A DNA stretch of 64,000 nucleotides, from NCBI GenBank assembly GCA_018664825.1, contig JABJNO010000024.1, positions 7,204-71,203 of the forward strand, given 5' to 3'. The notes beneath the pieces were generated by a model, which did not search any database, was not told the origin of the DNA, and saw only the letters and a program-made list of their open reading frames with translations. How positions within the stretch are numbered: the first letter of the stretch is position 1; the number at the start of each line of letters is the position of its first letter. The position numbers and the translations under genes were made by a program. Source of the DNA: Candidatus Parcubacteria bacterium. GTDB taxonomy: Bacteria > Patescibacteriota > Patescibacteriia > UBA1558 > GWA2-36-10. This document shows, in pieces, positions 9,726-17,358 of the stretch.

Positions 9726-10457
9726 TTATTCTATGATTACTTTTGTGTCATACTCAGACCACCAGTAGAGATGTTCCATGTCTCTATAATGCACATTGAC
9801 GCAACCATGGCTCATTGGCTGGCCAAAATTGTCATGCCAATAAGCTCCATGGATATAATACCGATATCGCTGAGTAGTAAAATGTAAATTCCATTTTGTA
9901 TTTGGATAATCAAAGTCTGCTCCACCATAATGCTTGACTGGTACTTTATCCAAAATAGTAAATTGACCTTCTGGAGTAGGCATATTGCTCAGACCGCTAG
10001 ATATCGGAAAAGAATCAAATAAATATTCTCCAAAATAATAACTCAAACTTTGTTCTGCCAAATTGACCTTGATCAATTTTTCTTTTTTTACAGGCTCGCT
10101 ACTAAGTGGGTCATAGCCAGCTGCTACCTCAGTACCATCTAGATAAAGATCACCATCCGAATCAGGATTCATCAAACCAGTACCAAGTATCAACTCCCAC
10201 TTGTCATTGAGATAATCTTTGTCACTATCTACCTCTATCAAACGAGAGCCATCTCCGTGTCGTGGTGAATATCCATAGGATACTTCCAAGGAATCTGAAA
10301 AACCATCACCATCAGTATCTGGATTGTTTGGATCTGTATAATAAATATTTTTCTCCTGATCATCAAATAAACCATCTTTATCTGCATCCATCACGTCTGC
10401 ACTGGCAATCATTGGTATCAAGCATAAGAAAAATAAAATAAAATATATTTTTTTCAT
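9726..10457 (-). CDS. secreted L,D-transpeptidase (YkuD domain) with N-terminal thrombospondin-type-3-like Ca-binding DxDxDG repeats
   Basis: Signal peptide MKKIYFILFFLCLIPMIASA; DADKDGLFDD, DTDGDGFSD, DSDGDLYLD; catalytic HGxxxxxxxxSHGCVNV motif. Confidence 0.75.
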   Translation of the reverse strand: MKKIYFILFFLCLIPMIASADVMDADKDGLFDDQEKNIYYTDPNNPDTDGDGFSDSLEVSYGYSPRHGDGSRLIEVDSDKDYLNDKWELILGTGLMNPDSDGDLYLDGTEVAAGYDPLSSEPVKKEKLIKVNLAEQSLSYYFGEYLFDSFPISSGLSNMPTPEGQFTILDKVPVKHYGGADFDYPNTKWNLHFTTQRYRYYIHGAYWHDNFGQPMSHGCVNVHYRDMEHLYWWSEYDTKVIIE

Positions 10458-10769
10458 AAGTTTATTATAGCATATGATTTTATATTATAAAAAAGTACTA
10501 TTGACAAAACCATAATTATTGTATATAATAATCATCTGTACATTAAATATCGCCCGTCACTATCAGGCCAATAACCAAAAAAGGAGGTGAAGAAATTTCT
10601 AAGGAGTTTTTCAGGAGCGTTGACCTCATTAAGCAAGGTCAACACAAGGATGTAACTTAAGAAGGTTGGGGGACAACCAATGTGTAACTGTTCTGCTCAC
10701 TCAAATCAATTTTTCTCGGCTTTTAGCCTCAAAACAACACGCTCTGTCAATGTGGAACGCGCAACCCAA

Positions 10770-11147
10770 ATGGCTCAAGAGGTCAAATCGACTCTCAGTG
10801 GCCCCAAAGGGGAAATTGCCGTATGCAAGCTGGAGCAAGGTCTTATGACAGCAATCAACGAGATTCTCTGTTTACAAGACCGTACTGATGGCAACGGTGA
10901 ATTTGAGGCTGTAAAAGCCTTTGTCGTGGAGCTGGGAAAATATCCCCGCGTCAATATCCAAGACAAAAAGGTTCGAGAACGGTTTTCCGTTCTTATCACT
11001 AGTCTCAAATCGTCCGCAGGACTCTATGTACGTGGTCGCAAGACCGCAGCATCTGCGACAGTAGCCGACAAAGCTATTACACCGAAGAAAGCCCGGGCCC
11101 AGAAGAAGATTCGTAGAAAGAGAACAACTCAGAAAATTACAATCTGA
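10770..11147 (+). CDS. hypothetical protein with lysine/arginine-rich C-terminal tail, in a GC-rich islet
   Basis: Visibly higher G+C than flanks. ORF could start at 10680, but the ATG at 10770 (MAQEVKSTL) is preferred. Ends with KKARAQKKIRRKRTTQK. Confidence 0.4.
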   Translation: MAQEVKSTLSGPKGEIAVCKLEQGLMTAINEILCLQDRTDGNGEFEAVKAFVVELGKYPRVNIQDKKVRERFSVLITSLKSSAGLYVRGRKTAASATVADKAITPKKARAQKKIRRKRTTQKITI

Positions 11148-11158
11148 TAGTCTCGCCG

Positions 11159-11207
11159 CCAGGTACCAAAATGCATCTAGAATGACATAGGTACCTGGCT
11201 TTTTTTT
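11159..11207 (+). terminator. intrinsic terminator
   Basis: CCAGGTACC...GGTACCTGG stem followed by TTTTTTTT. Confidence 0.6.
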
Positions 11208-11260
11208 GACTAAAAAAACTCCCAGTCTAACTGACTAGGAGTTTTTATATTATTTATAAA

Positions 11261-12787
11261 TTATTTTACAGGTAAGCCTGTGACATAAGCACTTAAATGA
11301 GTTCTATTTATGGTTATGATATCATTCCATTTGTATCCTCTGCTTTCAAAAACATTTCCTGATACAATTTCTTTTTTATAACCATTTTTTATCAAATAGA
11401 CAGTTGGACTATCTGCGGTTTTTACCAAACTGGCTGTTGGATATCTATCAACATCTGTTTTATCAAAAGTGATTATATCAGTCCAACTATTTTTAACATA
11501 TGAGTTAAAAGCAGCTGGCCCAGGAATATGTATCTTCTTGTTATTGAATATCTGATAAACTTTATGACTATCATTTGTCTTTACAAGATGAATATTTGGT
11601 ATAGATTTTATAGTCTGCTCACTGACACGTCTTACATCGTTCCAAGAAAATTTATAACGATTGAATGTATCGATGCTTGGAATACCATATTTTTGACCAT
11701 TATACACAGCATAAGTGACCATTCCCACACTAGATCTAGCTTGGTACAACATTTCTGGTTCAGAATATTTACTGGCACTAGAGCCATTTGATTGTTCTAC
11801 TTCTGAAGCTGCCTTGGTTCTGACACTATATACATTTGAATCCTTTTTTGCACCAAATACATCCACAGCTTTTATCATAAAATAATAAGTAGTATCTGGT
11901 TCTAGGTCTGACAAAAGAAATTCATGATCCATAGATCTAAAAACTTGCAACTGTTCTAAGCTTACTTTATTTTTTAATCTATTTGAATCAGTACCATAAT
12001 ATATATAACCTCCTGCCAATCTATTTGTTGACCAAGACAAAATAATACTGGTGTCACGAATTCCTGAATCATTGGCAGTGATAGGACCAAAATCAGAAAT
12101 TTTCAATGCTGTACGTTCGGCACTATCTGTAATAGTGGTTTTATGACTTTGATTATAATAACTAAACATGTCACCATCTGCATCTACTGATTCTACTTTA
12201 AAATTATAACGAGTAGATACATTTAGTCCACCAACTGTGATGTCATGGTTATTTACTTTTTTTCTGTTTTCTACCCTCTTACCATAAGCAGTAGTACGAC
12301 CATAGTGAACAACACTAGTAGATGGCACCTCTGTGTACCACTGAAAAGTAATACTGGTACCAGTAGTATAAACAACTCTCAAATTTTTAATTTCTAGATC
12401 TCCGCTGCCTTCTTCAAAATCACTAGTAGTAAATGTTCTATCAAATGTAGACAATATCTGTCCATCTGTACTTTGAGAAGTTATTTTAAAATGATAAACA
12501 GCATCAGAGTGTAGATTGTTTAGAGATAGTTCATGATTTAGATTTGTACTACCCTGAGAGACTACATAAGCTCCATAGCTATTGCTAAGACCAAAATCAA
12601 CACGACTGTCAGCTGGAATATTGGTATTCCAACTAATAGTAGCCCTATCATTGTTTAGGGATACTTCAACATTATCTATCCTTAAGCTTTCAGCATTGGC
12701 AATGCCAACAAAATTGACAAAAACCAAGCTCAAAATAATGGCAATAAGTAATGTATTTACGCTAATTTTAGCTAATTTTGACCACAT
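11261..12787 (-). CDS. secreted protein with three FN3-like domains and three C-terminal ~45-aa W-x-D-I/V repeats (possible wall- or glycan-binding)
   Basis: Signal/TM LLIAIILSLVFVNFVGIANA; YHFKITSQSTDG / YNFKVESVDADGD / YYFMIKAVDVFG strands; repeats SWNDVRRV..VYQIF, SWTDIITF..VYLIKNG, YKWNDIITI. Confidence 0.5.
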   Translation of the reverse strand: MWSKLAKISVNTLLIAIILSLVFVNFVGIANAESLRIDNVEVSLNNDRATISWNTNIPADSRVDFGLSNSYGAYVVSQGSTNLNHELSLNNLHSDAVYHFKITSQSTDGQILSTFDRTFTTSDFEEGSGDLEIKNLRVVYTTGTSITFQWYTEVPSTSVVHYGRTTAYGKRVENRKKVNNHDITVGGLNVSTRYNFKVESVDADGDMFSYYNQSHKTTITDSAERTALKISDFGPITANDSGIRDTSIILSWSTNRLAGGYIYYGTDSNRLKNKVSLEQLQVFRSMDHEFLLSDLEPDTTYYFMIKAVDVFGAKKDSNVYSVRTKAASEVEQSNGSSASKYSEPEMLYQARSSVGMVTYAVYNGQKYGIPSIDTFNRYKFSWNDVRRVSEQTIKSIPNIHLVKTNDSHKVYQIFNNKKIHIPGPAAFNSYVKNSWTDIITFDKTDVDRYPTASLVKTADSPTVYLIKNGYKKEIVSGNVFESRGYKWNDIITINRTHLSAYVTGLPVK

Positions 12788-12915
12788 ATTGGTTCATTAA
12801 TTATTTATTATTAATACTATATTATACTACTAAAATAAGGTTTTGTCAATAGTATTGATATTTATATTATACAATGAAAATAAATAATAAAAAACCCCAT
12901 TTTTTCAAATGGGGT

Positions 12916-13119
12916 TTATTTTCGGCGTGAATTGAGTATGATTTCCATCTTTTCATCTCTGGTCAAAAAATCTTCCCTTTCTGCTAATGCTCTTTTACGA
13001 GCTCTTTCCCTCTCCTCTGGCGGTAATTTACGTAAATATTTACGAAAACTATTGGGCAATCGTTTGCCCTTGCCATATGGAGAGCGTTTTCTGGGAACAC
13101 CTCTATACTTAACCATCAC
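12916..13119 (-). CDS. small highly basic hypothetical protein (67 aa)
   Basis: MMVKYRGVPRKRSPYGKGKRLPNSFRKYLRKL; bracketed by G/C-clamped hairpins at 12892-12921 and 13186-13211. Confidence 0.35.
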   Translation of the reverse strand: MMVKYRGVPRKRSPYGKGKRLPNSFRKYLRKLPPEERERARKRALAEREDFLTRDEKMEIILNSRRK

Positions 13120-13185
13120 TCACCTCCTTTGCTTGAGATAGAACTACTATACCTATATCTTACCTAATTATTGAAAAAAGTAAAA

Positions 13186-13211
13186 CCCCGTTAGAAAATT
13201 TTCTAACGGGG
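13186..13211. repeat. perfect palindromic hairpin CCCCGTTAGAAAATTTTCTAACGGGG (bidirectional terminator, copy 1 of 2)
   Basis: Same 13-bp arms recur at 14445-14472; T-runs on both sides. Confidence 0.6.
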
Positions 13212-13220
13212 TGTTTTGTT

Positions 13221-13787
13221 TTACAAATTGTACTCTTGCCAAAGAGGTAGCCACTCTTCTCGGAAGACTGCCGTCAATACTCCATCATAATACTGACCGT
13301 CTTTGAAAAAATGATCTTTTCGCCGACCCTCTTCTTTGTAGCCACACCTGGCGTTGAATGCCAAACTGCGACCATTGTAGGCAATGGCTTCTGAGCAAAC
13401 CTTTCTGAGGTTTAAAGTATGAAAAGCATAGTCAAGCAAAATCATCTTGGCATCAGTACCATATCCTTTGCCACGATTCTGCTCATCACCAATCAAAGCA
13501 CCCGTAGTAGCCACTCTAGCGACCCAATCAATACCATGCAAACCGATATTGCCAATCAACTCCCCTTCTAATGTTTCGATAGCAAAGGTAATGTTATTTT
13601 TCCTTTTACCCAAACCATCGATCCATTCCTCTTCTTCTTGTAGGCCAATAGGTGTAAACCCGGTCATAAACTTTCTCACACCTGGATCATTGATCCAGCG
13701 CTGAAAAGCTTCCATATCGGTCGCCTTATTGACTGGCCGAAGAACTACCTTTTTTCCTTGCAGAAAAACTACTTTGTCACTCATCAT
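13221..13787 (-). CDS. GNAT family N-acetyltransferase (RimJ/RimL-like)
   Basis: GNIGLHGIDWVARVATTGALIGDEQNRGKGYGTDA acetyl-CoA binding motif; AGGAGG SD in front of ATGATG at 13787; G+C higher than flanks. Confidence 0.7.
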   Translation of the reverse strand: MMSDKVVFLQGKKVVLRPVNKATDMEAFQRWINDPGVRKFMTGFTPIGLQEEEEWIDGLGKRKNNITFAIETLEGELIGNIGLHGIDWVARVATTGALIGDEQNRGKGYGTDAKMILLDYAFHTLNLRKVCSEAIAYNGRSLAFNARCGYKEEGRRKDHFFKDGQYYDGVLTAVFREEWLPLWQEYNL

Positions 13788-14109
13788 TTTCCTCCTATGT
13801 AAAAGAACGCAACAAAAAAACTGTCTCACGCATTGAGACAGCCTTTGTATACTACAAAATAATTTTTTCTATGTATTTATAAAATAAAAAGACTGCCTCA
13901 ATGGAAAATTGGCCACCATTTTGGTGGAATCAATACATAGTCCATAGTTGTGCAATCTTTGATTGTTCATATATTTATTTTATTGTAATCCAATTACAAC
14001 ATCTTTATATATTTTTGTCAAATCATCGACCTTCACCTTATTGACAAACAATACCTATCATGTTAATTTAATTTGTTCTTTTAAATAAACTTTTTCAAAG
14101 GAGATAATC

Positions 14110-14403
14110 ATGCAAAACGGATACCTTCTAGTAGCCAACAACAAGGCTTTTCTCAGAGAATTTGGCAAACGGGCCCCCAAGGGACTAAAAACAACCTGGG
14201 AAGATGTGCCCAAAGAACATCTACCCGTAACCTTGATTGATAATGGTGATTTTAGTTCTGCGGCAGTCAACCACAGTCAACGTGAATTTGAAGTTTTTAC
14301 AGCCCTCAATCCTGGTGATACCCGACCCAAGACAATATATTTTGTCCCTATAGAAGTTCTATTGCTGGCCACCCCTGGTTTGGACGAACTCCTCAAGAAG
14401 TAA
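14110..14403 (+). CDS. hypothetical protein (97 aa)
   Basis: SD AAAGGAGATAATC-ATG; followed by perfect hairpin GCCGACGTGTA-C-TACACGTCGGC and then the second CCCCGTTAGAAAAT palindrome. Confidence 0.45.
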   Translation: MQNGYLLVANNKAFLREFGKRAPKGLKTTWEDVPKEHLPVTLIDNGDFSSAAVNHSQREFEVFTALNPGDTRPKTIYFVPIEVLLLATPGLDELLKK

Positions 14404-14444
14404 ACTCTCGGCCGACGTGTACTACACGTCGGCTGTTTTATTTG

Positions 14445-14472
14445 CCCCGTTAGAAAATATTTTCTAACGGGG
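14445..14472. repeat. palindromic hairpin CCCCGTTAGAAAATATTTTCTAACGGGG (copy 2 of 2)
   Basis: Near-identical to 13186-13211. Confidence 0.6.
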
Positions 14473-14508
14473 TTTGCTTATCTTTGCTAAATATAATAAA
14501 ATAACTTT

Positions 14509-15291
14509 ATGAAACTTTGCGAAAAAATAGCCGAACAAATGCAATCTATCTATGCTCTAAGGCAGGAGTTTGTCGATGCTATTGAAGATGGCAAAAAAAC
14601 CAAAGATTTTAAACCCGCTCACAAAATCAAAGACGTATATGAAGGAAAATATGTAAAAACTGTCTATAAAAATATCCATCCTTATATAAACCTGATTTTT
14701 TTGGCTGTTACATACCTATCAAGAGAGGGAAAGGCTCATGGCAAAAAACAACTTTCAGAAGCCCTAAACAAAATAGAGGTCAAGGGAGAAGCTGTACATG
14801 TGCCATATTCTCTAACCGTAGGAAATAAAACAGCCGACGGACCAAGTGATATTATGATATTACCAGATGATTTGGTGGTTGATGGTGATTTGGACATTTG
14901 GAGCTACTCAATAGAAAAGTTACCCAGCAAACTAAAAGTAAAAGGAGACTTGAATATTTCTGGTACTACTATCACTGAAATTCCCAAGGGTATAGAAATC
15001 GGTGGAGATTGTAAAATGCAAAAAACAAATATACACCAACTCCCACTAAATTTTAAAATCAAAGGAGATCTTGATATCAGAAGTACCCAAATAGCCTGGC
15101 TACCAAAAGGATTGCATGTAGGTGGAAGTGTATATGCCCAGGCCACAGGCATCGATACTATTGTAGATATCCCTGATGATGTAGTCATCGAAGGAGATTT
15201 ACATGTACGTAATAAATTTAACAATAACGAAGCCCTAGAACTAAAAAACCAGGGTATTGTAAAAGGTGAGGTATACAATCACTACAACTAA
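14509..15291 (+). CDS. LRR-like repeat protein, paralogue family member (six 20-residue repeats)
   Basis: LPDDLVVDGDLDIWSYSIEK / LPSKLKVKGDLNISGTTITE / IPKGIEIGGDCKMQKTNIHQ / LPLNFKIKGDLDIRSTQIAW / LPKGLHVGGSVYAQ.. / IPDDVVIEGDLHV; tail ALELKNQGIVKGEVYNHYN. Confidence 0.65.
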   Translation: MKLCEKIAEQMQSIYALRQEFVDAIEDGKKTKDFKPAHKIKDVYEGKYVKTVYKNIHPYINLIFLAVTYLSREGKAHGKKQLSEALNKIEVKGEAVHVPYSLTVGNKTADGPSDIMILPDDLVVDGDLDIWSYSIEKLPSKLKVKGDLNISGTTITEIPKGIEIGGDCKMQKTNIHQLPLNFKIKGDLDIRSTQIAWLPKGLHVGGSVYAQATGIDTIVDIPDDVVIEGDLHVRNKFNNNEALELKNQGIVKGEVYNHYN

Positions 15292-15306
15292 AAAAGACTT
15301 GTTGGA

Positions 15307-15335
15307 TTGACAAAATAGCATATTTATGCTATTTT
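15307..15335 (+). promoter_or_regulatory. sigma-70-like promoter TTGACA-17-TATTTT with embedded 18-bp palindrome ATAGCATA-TT-TATGCTAT (putative operator)
   Basis: Hexamers at 15307-15312 and 15330-15335; perfect inverted repeat 15315-15332. Confidence 0.45.
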
Positions 15336-15384
15336 TAGTTGTTCGCGTTTTTTCAAAACAAACTCAAAAACAAGGAGAAGGCAC

Positions 15385-15630
15385 ATGGCTGCTGTAAATG
15401 TCAGAGGATTCAAAAACAAAGAAGCAATTATTGTACAGGATATTCCCTACGGTGAAGACGAGACACTGGAAGTTGATTCACCGGTCACTCTGACTGGTAT
15501 GACAAAAGTTTGCGTTAGCAAAACCCGTAGAATACCTTTTATCATGGTTGAAGTAACATCCGTACTACTTCTCAATGGAACTGATTCCATCTTTGTTGAT
15601 GGAAACTGTCTCGAACTGTTGGAAATCTGA
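15385..15630 (+). CDS. hypothetical protein (81 aa), GC-rich islet
   Basis: SD AAGGAGAAGGCAC-ATG; higher G+C than genome background. Confidence 0.45.
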   Translation: MAAVNVRGFKNKEAIIVQDIPYGEDETLEVDSPVTLTGMTKVCVSKTRRIPFIMVEVTSVLLLNGTDSIFVDGNCLELLEI

Positions 15631-15654
15631 CAACACCCAAAAAAGGAGAGACTA

Positions 15655-16020
15655 ATGCCGAACATTGAAATGCACGGGTTCCAAACCCACATAGTCATGC
15701 CTGAGGATGACGTTTCCTTTTTCCGGAACACCAAAAACAAGATTCACGAAGTTATTCGTAAACTCGAGCTGACTGGGGAAGCGGTCATCACTATTCACAA
15801 TACAACTGTCGAACGTTGTGATGGTAGCGATAAGCCCGCTCCCTATCTCCGTGTCTGTGGGACAAATGATACAGATGACGCCGATATCGAAGGCATCGTC
15901 GAGGCTCTGATTGAGTGCGAGATCGCAGTTGACTGCGAAACCCTGACACTCGATGACTTCTACCCCGATGTTGAAATGGGAGCAGAAGCCAAAGAAGACG
16001 ATTCGAAAAAAGAATCGTAA
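15655..16020 (+). CDS. hypothetical acidic protein (121 aa), GC-rich islet
   Basis: SD AAAGGAGAGACTA-ATG; acidic C-terminus; strong terminator follows. Confidence 0.45.
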   Translation: MPNIEMHGFQTHIVMPEDDVSFFRNTKNKIHEVIRKLELTGEAVITIHNTTVERCDGSDKPAPYLRVCGTNDTDDADIEGIVEALIECEIAVDCETLTLDDFYPDVEMGAEAKEDDSKKES

Positions 16021-16026
16021 AAAATA

Positions 16027-16062
16027 ACCCCGCCAAGCAAAGCTTGGCGGGGTCTTTATTTT
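16027..16062. terminator. bidirectional intrinsic terminator CCCCGCCAAGC-AAA-GCTTGGCGGGG
   Basis: 11-bp GC-rich stem with T-tracts on both strands, between convergent genes. Confidence 0.7.
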
Positions 16063-16065
16063 GAT

Positions 16066-16548
16066 TTATTTTACTAACTTTTCTAGCTCCATTACTACCT
16101 GAGGAGTAGCTTTGTCTGCTGTCTCAATGACTTTACCAAAATCTACTTTGGCAACTGCATTGTAGACAAACTCAGCCGCATCTTTACCATGTGGAGGCTC
16201 ACGACTTGCATCTCGCTCTATGCAGATATCAAGTGGTGCATGTAAAGTAAAAACTTGCGTATCCACCGATACATTGTCTACCAAATCATCTATCGCTTCT
16301 TTAAAATAAAAATTTCCATCAACAATTACACTTGTTCCCCTATCAAAATTCTTTTCAAGTTCGGAAAGTATGATTTTATTAGCCTTGAGGAAATCTTCTA
16401 CCACATAGCCATTCTCTGCTTCAAGGTCATTGTCTTTGAGAACTTGATCAACTGAAATATACTCGGCTTGGATATGATGAGCCAAATATTTTGATACTGT
16501 TGATTTACCGACTCCTAGAGGGCCCCGGATTATTATAAGTTTTGACAT
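16066..16548 (-). CDS. P-loop NTPase / small-molecule kinase-like AAA-domain protein
   Basis: Walker A GPLGVGKST; ~160 aa, reminiscent of shikimate-kinase/zeta-toxin/chloramphenicol-phosphotransferase-like kinases. Confidence 0.55.
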   Translation of the reverse strand: MSKLIIIRGPLGVGKSTVSKYLAHHIQAEYISVDQVLKDNDLEAENGYVVEDFLKANKIILSELEKNFDRGTSVIVDGNFYFKEAIDDLVDNVSVDTQVFTLHAPLDICIERDASREPPHGKDAAEFVYNAVAKVDFGKVIETADKATPQVVMELEKLVK

Positions 16549-16567
16549 GTTTCGTTAAAAATTGTTA

Positions 16568-17251
16568 CTAATCTATAGAAATTAGTTTGATACTAAAGAT
16601 TAGGGTTGAATTTGGTGGTATTGGACCAACGGCAGTTGAGCCATAGCCCAATTCAGAAGGAATAGTCAATTTTCTTTCTTCACCTATCTTCATACCAATC
16701 AAACCTTGATCCCAACCAGTTATAACCTGTCCTTGCCCAACGGTAAAGACAAAAGGCTCTCTTCCTATACTAGAATCAAATTCTGTACCATCTTCTAAAG
16801 TACCTGTATAGTCTACACTGACTGAATCACCAGTTTTGACAACTTGATCACCACTACCTTCTACTAAAATTTCTGTTTTTAATTCCATTTGATTTTGATT
16901 ATTGTTGTTATTGTTATTATTTTCTGAAATTTCAGGTTCTTCATCTACTATTACTCCTGTTATTTCTATTTTTTCTGGAAAGAAAAATTTACCATCTTTG
17001 GTCAAATAAGAAAACACTTCCCTGCCATCCGAAAGATTGATAGATATTTTATACAAGTCACCTTCTTCGGTTATTTCACCAACGACAATGGTTTCACCTA
17101 TTTCAAGTAATTCTTCATTGATAAACTTTTCTGTTATAGCTTTGGCCTTATCTTTTCCTATGGCGCCAAAGTTGGGACTGGTAAATACCATATAACCAAG
17201 AGACCCTACTGATATTATTGCCAAAACAATAATGATTATTATCTTATTCAT
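16568..17251 (-). CDS. membrane-anchored FKBP-type peptidyl-prolyl cis-trans isomerase with internal poly-Asn tract
   Basis: VDYTGTLEDGTEFDSS..FVFTVGQGQVITGWDQGLIGMKIGEERKLTIPSELGYG; N-terminal TM; NNNNNNNNQNQ encoded by an (ATT/GTT)n run around 16895-16925. Confidence 0.85.
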   Translation of the reverse strand: MNKIIIIIVLAIISVGSLGYMVFTSPNFGAIGKDKAKAITEKFINEELLEIGETIVVGEITEEGDLYKISINLSDGREVFSYLTKDGKFFFPEKIEITGVIVDEEPEISENNNNNNNNQNQMELKTEILVEGSGDQVVKTGDSVSVDYTGTLEDGTEFDSSIGREPFVFTVGQGQVITGWDQGLIGMKIGEERKLTIPSELGYGSTAVGPIPPNSTLIFSIKLISID

Positions 17252-17358
17252 GAATTTTTAGTTTAATTATTTAGCTTATCAATTATACTATATTACTGAT
17301 TAAGGTCAAATATGAACAACAAAAAAACAAGCCTAACTAAGACCTGTTTTAATTAAAT

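Noticed and set aside
12916-13119. Assigning the 67-aa basic protein as a ribosomal protein
   Set aside because: High basicity alone, with no match to any ribosomal-protein signature I can recall.
8991-16036. Antisense ORFs 8991-9287, 9413-9619, 10775-11008, 14904-15278, 15447-15740, 15791-16036
   Set aside because: Each is embedded opposite a better-supported gene with RBS and family motifs. The Arg/Ser-rich translations are typical of GC-rich antisense frames.
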